DNA from: Opitutales bacterium
GTDB taxonomy: Bacteria > Verrucomicrobiota > Verrucomicrobiia > Opitutales > UBA2995
Assembly (NCBI GenBank): GCA_965250065.1
Contig: OZ252288.1
Location: forward strand, 578,693-642,692
Reading direction: 5' to 3'
DNA length: 64,000 bases
Shown: piece by piece, positions 9,512 to 17,261 of the stretch
How positions within the stretch are numbered: the first letter of the stretch is position 1
How the letters are laid out: each line of letters begins with the position of its first letter
Program-made: the position numbers and the translations under genes
Notes under the pieces: generated by a model
Databases searched by the model: none
What the model was told of the DNA's origin: nothing
Seen by the model: only the letters and a program-made list of their open reading frames with translations

Positions 9512-9855
9512 CCTACCGTTCGAACGGGCAATGAAGGAACAGATCCCGATTTACTTAAACCTAATCTATAATGCCAATAGTTCCAGGACCTGGGCGATAA
9601 AACCCCTGGTCCAGAAGACTTCAAAACGTCTACCAACTCATCTATTGAGTATGCGTTCCAAAGCAATGAAAGGTCTTCAAATTCACCAAACTCCATCACC
9701 TGGGCGATAACTCGTTTTGGAAAATGACAAGCTTCCTCAGCCGTTTTCCACCAAATATATTTAGATGCAAAATAACTTAGCAACTGGTCTCGCGTTCTTT
9801 TCATATAATAAAGGCACTTAGTAAAATAGTGTTCTTTTTTTGCTTTAAGAGTCAA
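9508..9855 (-). CDS. Small protein overlapping the AbiEii gene by 4 bp, putative cognate antitoxin
   Basis: 115-aa ORF with an ATGA overlap to 8843-9511. The true start may be an internal Met (MKRTRDQ...). No confident family assignment; the role is inferred from position only. Confidence 0.45.
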   Translation of the reverse strand: MTLKAKKEHYFTKCLYYMKRTRDQLLSYFASKYIWWKTAEEACHFPKRVIAQVMEFGEFEDLSLLWNAYSIDELVDVLKSSGPGVLSPRSWNYWHYRLGLSKSGSVPSLPVRTVG

Positions 9856-9969
9856 CGGCTCATCTCTACCTCGAATGTCTCACTACCGAGCTAGAGGTAT
9901 GCCGAGGTGTGCTGAAATTGATCTCTATGTGTGAATAGTGGGCATGGCCGATGTCAGGGGACGTAAGAT

Positions 9970-10127
9970 CTAGTGTGGTGTCCCAGAAATAACTTCAAAA
10001 ATACGAGCGTGCCATGAATGGCCTGGCAAGGCTGCGCGGGTGAAGCCGGGTCGACCGTTGGGGTCAGTCGTTGATTTTTGACATGAAGCCGGGTCGACCG
10101 TTGGGGTCAGTCGTTGATTTTTGACAT
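9970..10127 (+). repeat. B-type terminus fused to an A-core fragment and a 2 x 43-bp tandem duplication
   Basis: CTAGTGTGGTGTCCCAGAAATAACTT... starts at 9970. GAAGCCGGGTCGACCGTTGGGGTCAGTCGTTGATTTTTGACAT occurs at 10042-10084 and again, identical, at 10085-10127. Confidence 0.85.
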
Positions 10128-10183
10128 GTCTCCATGTTGAAAATAAATGCCTGACCCCTTCCCACTTCGTCTCACTTCCTTCC

Positions 10184-11731
10184 TTAATCCATCCACTCCA
10201 ATTCCGCCCAGTGAGCCGGGCCGTCGTTTTTTTGTGGAACACCGGGAGTGCTTCGGCCCTCGGCCACGTATTTTACCAGCAAAGCCTTCAGTTCCTTTAC
10301 CCGTCGCGGGTATTTGGATAGGAGGTTCGTTGTTTCTCCCGGATCTTCGCCTAAGTCGTAGAGCTGAAAGCGTGGCAGACCTTTCATGTCCTCCTCTGTG
10401 GCCGGGTAAGCCCATCCACCAGATCCGGGCCATAGAATGAGTTTCCAATCGCCCCGCCGGATGGCGAAGCGCCCCTTGCTGGAATGGTGAACCGTGGCTT
10501 CCCGCAAGGGTTTTGAATAATCCTCCCCGGTAAGGACTGGTAGAAAACTGAAACTGTCTTCTGCCGAATCGTCGCCCAGTTCGACTCCCAGAATTTCAGC
10601 GGCGGTGGCCATGAAATCCGTGGTGCAGATGATTTCATCCGACTGGCTATCTTTTCTTATCTTCCCCGACCAACTGGCGATAAAAGGAACGCGATGACCA
10701 CCCTCGAAAATATCAAACTTTTTTCCTCGATAGATATAGCTGCCGTTGTGGCCCGCTAAGGGTAGCTCGTCATCTTCGAAGTCTGCTCGAGGTGACTGAC
10801 CATTGTCGCTGGTGAAAAATACCAAGGTGTTTTCCAGGCGCTGATCCTGGGAGATAACATCCACCAAGCGGCCAACTTCGTGATCCACTTGCAGGACAAA
10901 ATCGCCATAGGCGTTGGCCTTGCTTTTGCCGATCCATTCCGTGGTCGGGATGATGGGCGCGTGAGGAGCGGTCAACGCCACATAAAGAAAGAAGGGCCTT
11001 TGCCTATTTGCCTGTTCCCTCATGTAATCCACCGACCGATTGGTAATTTTCGCCAATACGTCGACATGATTAAAGTCATCCGCCTTGGGTCCTTTTCGCC
11101 AAAAGGCCTTCTCATCGTAGTTCACCGAAATCTTCTTCGGAATGGATGTAGGCCGACCATTTTCCACCCAAACAAAGGGAGGGGAGGACAGAGAAGCGGC
11201 CGTCCCAAATGAATAAATAAAACCATGCTCTTGAGGGCCATTTTGAATGGGACGACTGAAATCAATGACCGGCCTAATCTTGTCATCGAAAGATTCAGTC
11301 TTCGAACCGACATATTGCCAATTCCAGCCGAGGTGCCATTTGCCGATAATTGCCGTCTGATAGCCCTGCTCTTTGAACAACTCGGCAATGGTCGTTCGTT
11401 CGTTTTTGATTAATGGGGCTGAGTAACCGTCGCCTCCCCCGCTCTTACGCGTTGACCGCCAATTGTATCGACCGGTAATTATACCATAACGCGTGGGAGT
11501 GCAAATCGCCGCGCTGGTATGGGCATCGTTGAAGCGCATTCCATTGGCAGCCAATCGGTCGATGTTTGGTGTTTTCCAGGCCGAGTTTTTATTGTAGGCA
11601 GATACATCCCCGATCCCCAGATCGTCAGCCAGGATGAGCACCACGTTCGGATGATCGACTGGTGCCGGTAGCGAAATAACTGGTACCGCCAACACTAATG
11701 AGGCACATAAATAGTAATAGTTTTTATTCAT
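10184..11731 (-). CDS. Arylsulfatase (formylglycine-dependent sulfatase family), secreted
   Basis: 515-aa ORF with a signal peptide. Motifs: NVVLILADDLGIGDV, and CTPTRYGIITGR (C-x-P-x-R formylglycine motif). Confidence 0.9.
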   Translation of the reverse strand: MNKNYYYLCASLVLAVPVISLPAPVDHPNVVLILADDLGIGDVSAYNKNSAWKTPNIDRLAANGMRFNDAHTSAAICTPTRYGIITGRYNWRSTRKSGGGDGYSAPLIKNERTTIAELFKEQGYQTAIIGKWHLGWNWQYVGSKTESFDDKIRPVIDFSRPIQNGPQEHGFIYSFGTAASLSSPPFVWVENGRPTSIPKKISVNYDEKAFWRKGPKADDFNHVDVLAKITNRSVDYMREQANRQRPFFLYVALTAPHAPIIPTTEWIGKSKANAYGDFVLQVDHEVGRLVDVISQDQRLENTLVFFTSDNGQSPRADFEDDELPLAGHNGSYIYRGKKFDIFEGGHRVPFIASWSGKIRKDSQSDEIICTTDFMATAAEILGVELGDDSAEDSFSFLPVLTGEDYSKPLREATVHHSSKGRFAIRRGDWKLILWPGSGGWAYPATEEDMKGLPRFQLYDLGEDPGETTNLLSKYPRRVKELKALLVKYVAEGRSTPGVPQKNDGPAHWAELEWMD

Positions 11732-12614
11732 AGGGTTGAACCGCTTTCAGAGCCCGGTATTTTTCAAACGATTCGGCCATGGACTTGGGTTGCTCCCAAC
11801 CAAGATCGGCTTCCACCTTTGAGCAGTCCACAAGGGAATCCATTTCCTCGACAGGTTTTTTACAAGGCAAATGTGACAACTCCCCGTCGATAATTTCACG
11901 GGCCGGTCTCTGCTCCAGGTTGTCCTTCGAGGCCACGAAATAATTTCTGTAGCCCTCAACCTCAGCGGTCATTGCTTTTACGGCGGCCTCAGCCCCCGAA
12001 TAGACTGGCAGATAAGCAAATCCGTCGTAACAATTACCGCGCTCCATGCCACCCTGCTCCAGGGCGCTCTTCAACATCTTCGAATCCACGAGTAAGGGAA
12101 AGCGAATCACTATGCAGGTCATTCCCATGGTATCGGAAAAATACTCCAACGCATTTTCCGCGGCCTGCTTACTGAGCGCATAGCTGTTGCGGGGAAAGTC
12201 CGGCATGTCCGAATCCATTGGAAGGTAGGGCAACACGTTCTCCTGCCTGGTCCGATCCTTGACTGGCAACTGGCCATCGGCTACCTGGATAGAGCTGGAA
12301 AAAACAATTCTAGGACATCCTAGGTTCGCGGCAGTTTGAAATAGATTCATGTTCATGGTGACGTTGTCGTTGTAGACCTGTTCCGGGCTGCCACTGTCGA
12401 AGCTGGGGTGGTTGGCAAAATGCGCCAGGACATCCACCCCACCTAACAACTCTTTGCACGTTTCCCAATCTCGTAAATCTGCCTGTTCAATCGGATAATC
12501 CGCTTGATCGTCAGGGAACTTATCAACCGCCAAAAAATTTACATTCTTCTCCACTAACAAGCAGCACACACAACTTCCCAAACGCCCGGCGGCTCCTGTC
12601 ACCAATACACGCAT
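11724..12614 (-). CDS. NAD-dependent epimerase/dehydratase (extended SDR)
   Basis: 296-aa ORF. Motifs: VLVTGAAGRLG Rossmann motif and YALSK (YxxxK). It overlaps the downstream sulfatase start by 8 bp. Confidence 0.8.
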   Translation of the reverse strand: MRVLVTGAAGRLGSCVCCLLVEKNVNFLAVDKFPDDQADYPIEQADLRDWETCKELLGGVDVLAHFANHPSFDSGSPEQVYNDNVTMNMNLFQTAANLGCPRIVFSSSIQVADGQLPVKDRTRQENVLPYLPMDSDMPDFPRNSYALSKQAAENALEYFSDTMGMTCIVIRFPLLVDSKMLKSALEQGGMERGNCYDGFAYLPVYSGAEAAVKAMTAEVEGYRNYFVASKDNLEQRPAREIIDGELSHLPCKKPVEEMDSLVDCSKVEADLGWEQPKSMAESFEKYRALKAVQPYE

Positions 12615-12772
12615 ATCTTCCTAATCATTCTGAAACGGAAAGATTGTTGACGGGTTATGCTCTACTTTCATGACAGCGCTGCTCTTTGCCGGGACGTTCG
12701 GATGTTCGGCCGCAGTCATGGCCAAGATAGAGACCGTTAAAATCCACTGGGTGAGTAAGGATTTTTTGCATG

Positions 12773-13798
12773 TCATTTTGAAAGGTCAATTACGTGGTTC
12801 ATCCACTTCCAGGTTCTGGAACGATAGGCGCTTGGAAGCAAGGGCCAGCGGTCGGTATGCCCGGTCTTGGCCAGTCGATGAGGAAAGGAACCAAATATCT
12901 CCGATGTGTCGATATTACTGATGGTAAAGTTTTCTACGGAGGGCAAAACGGATCGTATAAATGCTCCGCTACCGTACCTGTCGCCGTTTTGGCTTAGGAG
13001 ATAAGGCCGCCCTTTCACGCGCTTCAGGCGAACTGCGGCACCCGCCCGATACTTCTGCAAAGGCGTTCCCCAACTGGTATTTCCCCACTCTTTGATACCG
13101 TCAAAATGATCGTGGCTTATAAAAGCGGTCCAGAGCCCGGCGACTTCAACATCGTGAAGACCCAAGTAATTCACACCGATGGCTCCCCGCGAGAATCCAC
13201 AAAGAAAAACAAGCTTCGGATCCCCATTGAACGATTCGATAATGCGTGGCACATTCACCTTGGCATAATCGACTGTGGCTTTCTCGTCACCCCACCAAGT
13301 GATTTGGTTGTGCTGGTGATTTTCACTAATGTATGGCAGAGACACCCAGATAAACTTTCCCCCGGAGAGGCCAAAACCCAGGCCTGCATCTTCTACCTCC
13401 CCGGTTGAACCCGATTTTGGATGGTAATTGCCAGTATATTCGAAGATGACCGGGAGCGGATCGCTATCCGGTTTCCAAACCTTGGGGAGGTACAAGGTAT
13501 GAAAGACTTCCGTTCCGGCATACTCAGGGGGGGTTAAACGAACCCGTTTGCCAGCGGCCGGCTCCCCCTCGGACAGTTTTGGGATTACCAACTGTTGCTC
13601 CGATTCGATATCGAGTTGAACACCCGATACTTGCGGCCCAATCAACATGGCCAGGAATATCGTTGATATTTTGAGAAAATAGTTGGTTTCTTGCCTTGCA
13701 GGAGCTGCCTGAGTTGCGATTCGACAATTCCTGTATAGTGCAAAATCGCGGCTGGAGCCGATCTTATATTTTGAGGCGGTTCCGAGGAAAAATTTCAT
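12773..13798 (-). CDS. Putative secreted alpha/beta-hydrolase (esterase)
   Basis: 341-aa ORF with a hydrophobic N-terminal segment. It has a GFSRG nucleophile-elbow motif (G-x-S-x-G). The start codon is uncertain. Confidence 0.5.
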   Translation of the reverse strand: MKFFLGTASKYKIGSSRDFALYRNCRIATQAAPARQETNYFLKISTIFLAMLIGPQVSGVQLDIESEQQLVIPKLSEGEPAAGKRVRLTPPEYAGTEVFHTLYLPKVWKPDSDPLPVIFEYTGNYHPKSGSTGEVEDAGLGFGLSGGKFIWVSLPYISENHQHNQITWWGDEKATVDYAKVNVPRIIESFNGDPKLVFLCGFSRGAIGVNYLGLHDVEVAGLWTAFISHDHFDGIKEWGNTSWGTPLQKYRAGAAVRLKRVKGRPYLLSQNGDRYGSGAFIRSVLPSVENFTISNIDTSEIFGSFPHRLAKTGHTDRWPLLPSAYRSRTWKWMNHVIDLSK

Positions 13799-13923
13799 CT
13801 CATTTTTTCTGTATTGACCAGGGCAACCAGGGCCGTACCGGTGCAGACATTTGGAGCAGGGTGAAAGATTTAGAAGATTTCCGGGTTAAATTAAGCTACG
13901 ACGGACTGGAATTCTTACTTCAA

Positions 13924-15015
13924 TTAGGTCACTCCTCTAACGGAATCGTGGTGGGTGGAGGAGCGAAGTCGCACATCCAACATCCTGCCCACTTTACGCA
14001 GGGTGAATCCCGAATAATAATGACTGTCGACCAACACGATTTTGGGTAATTGCGGAACGCCTTTACTATTTAGATTGATATCCGAGAGCACTAATTTAAA
14101 GGCCTCTCTTCCCACTACTTCATGGCGATGATCCACACCTGAAGCTTCCGGAGGTCCTTTGGCGGTATCGAGAGTGGCGAATCCGAGATCCGCCGGAATT
14201 TGGTAACCCAGGTTAACCAGAAGTTCATAAACCATCCCATCCCCAATCACCACGTCCGGATCGTATTCCTTCATCCACTTGTAGAGGTTTACGGAGTTGA
14301 TCTCGCTCTTGGGTAAGATCGGAATGCGTTGAGATTTATCGATCAGGGTTGAGTAGTAAAGAAATGAGGAGGCAAAAAGCTTATGGCCGATTCCACCTCG
14401 AGGGTATGTCATGGCAAACCCAATGCGCTTGTAACCGAGGCGGCAGGCCTGCTCGATGAGCTCGTCCATCATCTGCAGGTAATTGGTGCAGGCCCGGTTG
14501 ACCATGGGATCGATGATACTATAGCCCGCTGTGGAAATGCAGAAGGCATCCACATCCAGGTCAAGGGTTCCCACTCCACTTACCCAAGGCATGGCGATGA
14601 TCCCCTGAATTCCTCGAGAAATGAGAATGGTTCCCAAGCGTTTCGGACTTGCTTTCAGTTCAGGGAGATACAATACATCCAGACCGTATCCGCTCTCGCG
14701 GGCCTGGGCCTCCAGGCCCTCCATCAACTTACAAATTACCGGATAGGAGGCTCGCTGCGCCTTGGTAATTTCCGGGACCAGTACCGCCAGTTTGGAAAAC
14801 TTGCGGTCGGTACGGTTGGTCCGCAGGTGTTCCATCAATTGAGAGATCCGGCCATCTTTGACATAGCCCATGCGGTCGGCTATTTTTGTGATCTCCGACC
14901 GTCTTTTTTCAGAAACTTTAGGACTGTTCCTCAAAGCCAGCGAAACAGCCGAAACGGAAACACCTGCTTCCTTGGCAATGTCTCGCATACTATATCTGTA
15001 AGCCGGGTTGCTCAA
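13924..15015 (-). CDS. LacI-family transcriptional regulator
   Basis: 363-aa ORF. The N-terminal HTH is MRDIAKEAGVSVSAVSLALRNSPKVS, followed by a periplasmic-binding-protein-like C-terminal body. Confidence 0.88.
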   Translation of the reverse strand: MSNPAYRYSMRDIAKEAGVSVSAVSLALRNSPKVSEKRRSEITKIADRMGYVKDGRISQLMEHLRTNRTDRKFSKLAVLVPEITKAQRASYPVICKLMEGLEAQARESGYGLDVLYLPELKASPKRLGTILISRGIQGIIAMPWVSGVGTLDLDVDAFCISTAGYSIIDPMVNRACTNYLQMMDELIEQACRLGYKRIGFAMTYPRGGIGHKLFASSFLYYSTLIDKSQRIPILPKSEINSVNLYKWMKEYDPDVVIGDGMVYELLVNLGYQIPADLGFATLDTAKGPPEASGVDHRHEVVGREAFKLVLSDINLNSKGVPQLPKIVLVDSHYYSGFTLRKVGRMLDVRLRSSTHHDSVRGVT

Positions 15016-15372
15016 AATAGATAAAGGCTTTGGTAGAACTCAAATTAGCCCGGATGTCTCACCACACTAGATAGGGTTGAAACGATCAAGCTAGATGAGG
15101 ATGCATTTTTAAGTCAACAGTTGAACCTTGCTTCATGACACAGTTGCTCACTACCGAGCGAACGCAGATTTAAAGAAAGACCCGGATACCTACGCCATCA
15201 TCGGCGCTTTGCTGATCAATTTTGGGACACCGAGGCTTGATTACAAAAGGTTTGTCGATTCAAAACAACACCTGTGACAATCTGTGTCATCCGCGGTTAA
15301 ATTTCAGCCGATTGTATGTAACCGCAGATTTTCCTGATAATTGAGATGCGTCTCCGATCCGAGATTTGCGGG

Positions 15373-15553
15373 TTAACCCGCATGTCTCACAAAATTCGTG
15401 GCGAGCGAACGAAGGTCGAGTGCTGGTGCGGGCATCGAGCAGATTTGCGGGTGAAGCCGGGTCGACACCCTGCAAAGTCGCGAATCCAACGAGGGCCGCA
15501 CCAATGCCGACATTTCGGAGCGCAGTAGAAAATTTGTGAGACATGCGGGTTAA
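15373..15553. mobile_element. Family A foldback element (MITE/REPIN-like), full copy 1
   Basis: 181 bp. It has perfect 21-nt terminal inverted repeats TTAACCCGCATGTCTCACAAA. The two halves are imperfect reverse complements of each other. It is homologous to 31006-31186 and 63146-63327. Confidence 0.85.
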
Positions 15554-17214
15554 ACTCTCTTGCGGATCACCACCCAACCGAGCAGGCTGACTACCACCCC
15601 GACGCTGGACACCAGAACGGTTCCCATTTCAGCAAGCAGACCCAGCAAAAAAATCAGCAGTCCGGTCAATAGCACCCCGAGGCCGATTACTTTAATGCCA
15701 TGCCTGTTTTCGCGTTGAGCTTCCACATTCTCTTCCTGATTGGCTTCCAGGTCTTGCTCGGCCTGTTCTCGCTGCAATCGGGCTTCTTCGTAATTGAGGA
15801 ATTGCTCAGAAACCGGCTTACTCATGCAGGCATATATCTCGTAAGCCGCCATAAGAGTTAGTGGAAACAATACTCCCAAGGCCTGGCTCTGGGCTTGGGT
15901 CAAAACATATAGGCCATTCCATTTGAAAAAGGAATTCACCACCAGGCAAATCAAGCTGGTAGTTAAAACGCTGAACCCGGTGTGGCGTTTAGAAAAGAGA
16001 GCCCACAACATCGGAATATACATGGCCCCTCCAGTTATTGCACCCACGGCCCAGATGACACTCAGGATACCGCCCATGCGGTCCACGGACAAGGCAATCA
16101 CCATGGCCAGCGCCCCCACCGTGATGGTAGAGATTCGAGCCACCAAAATCAGCTCACGGTCACTTGCCCTCCTTTTCAGGTTCCTATAAATGTCATTGGT
16201 AAATACCCCTGATACGATGTTCAGGGTAGTGTTCACCGAACTAGCGGTGGCAAACACCATGGCGCCGACCATGAGACCCACAATACCCATCGGAAGCACT
16301 TCCTTGGACATAAACATGTAGGCATGGTTGGCCTCTCCGGCCGCCAAGTCCAATGAAGGATTATAGATCCGGTAGATCATGGGTGGCAGCATCCAGATCA
16401 CCGGACTGATAGTGTAAAGACAGCCGAAGAGCAAAGCCACCTTCCGGGCATCCTTCGGGGTTTTTACGCTGGTGTAGCGCTGAGCGTAAGCCCAGTTGCC
16501 GGCGATATAAACGAGATTATAGATTCCAAATCCAATGTAAAACAGAGGGGAGATTTCGTTGGTCGTGAGAGCGAAAAAGTCCTCCGGGGTCTTTTCCAAA
16601 AATCCGCTGACCCCGCCGACTTTGGCGAAAGCCAAGGGGATGACGATGATCACCGCCGCGGCCAGTATGACAAATTGCAATACATCGGTCACAATCACTG
16701 CCCACAGCCCTCCCGTCGCGGTATAGAGCATGATGACCAAGGCCAGAAATATTACGACGTATTCAAAAGGAAACCCAGTGGCCCCTTCCACGATTTTCGC
16801 CACCGGATACAGAAAGGCTCCACTTGTAAATACCGAGATCGCCATAAACAGGTAGGTGTAGGCCTTCTGGACCCCGGCTCCGAGCCGCGTGCCTATGAAT
16901 TGGGCGCCCGTCAATACGCCAGTCTTTCTCCACTTCGCGGCAATAAAGGCGGCAATGATGAACCCAGACAGGCACATGGTCCACTGAATGGATATGGAAA
17001 CCATGCCATGAATGTAGGCCAAAGATCCCCAGGCCACAAAAGTCCCGGCCGAAAAGAAACTCATAAATAGGGACAGGCCATTGATCCACCAGGGTACTGC
17101 TCCACCCCCGGCAAAGAAAGTCTTCATGTTCTTGCCCGACTTGCCAAACGACAATCCTGCCGTCATCACTCCCAGGATGAAAAGGAGTATCACAATGTAA
17201 TCGAGCTTGGACAT
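15550..17214 (-). CDS. Sodium:solute symporter (SSS) family transporter
   Basis: 554-aa ORF, polytopic and hydrophobic, with a typical SSS N-terminus (FFAGGGAVPWWINGLSLFMSFFSAGTFV). Its TAA stop lies inside the TTAA end of the family A element. Confidence 0.85.
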   Translation of the reverse strand: MSKLDYIVILLFILGVMTAGLSFGKSGKNMKTFFAGGGAVPWWINGLSLFMSFFSAGTFVAWGSLAYIHGMVSISIQWTMCLSGFIIAAFIAAKWRKTGVLTGAQFIGTRLGAGVQKAYTYLFMAISVFTSGAFLYPVAKIVEGATGFPFEYVVIFLALVIMLYTATGGLWAVIVTDVLQFVILAAAVIIVIPLAFAKVGGVSGFLEKTPEDFFALTTNEISPLFYIGFGIYNLVYIAGNWAYAQRYTSVKTPKDARKVALLFGCLYTISPVIWMLPPMIYRIYNPSLDLAAGEANHAYMFMSKEVLPMGIVGLMVGAMVFATASSVNTTLNIVSGVFTNDIYRNLKRRASDRELILVARISTITVGALAMVIALSVDRMGGILSVIWAVGAITGGAMYIPMLWALFSKRHTGFSVLTTSLICLVVNSFFKWNGLYVLTQAQSQALGVLFPLTLMAAYEIYACMSKPVSEQFLNYEEARLQREQAEQDLEANQEENVEAQRENRHGIKVIGLGVLLTGLLIFLLGLLAEMGTVLVSSVGVVVSLLGWVVIRKRV

Positions 17215-17261
17215 AGAGCAGCCAGATGCGTTTACTGTGCCGTTTGTTTACAACTCCTTAA

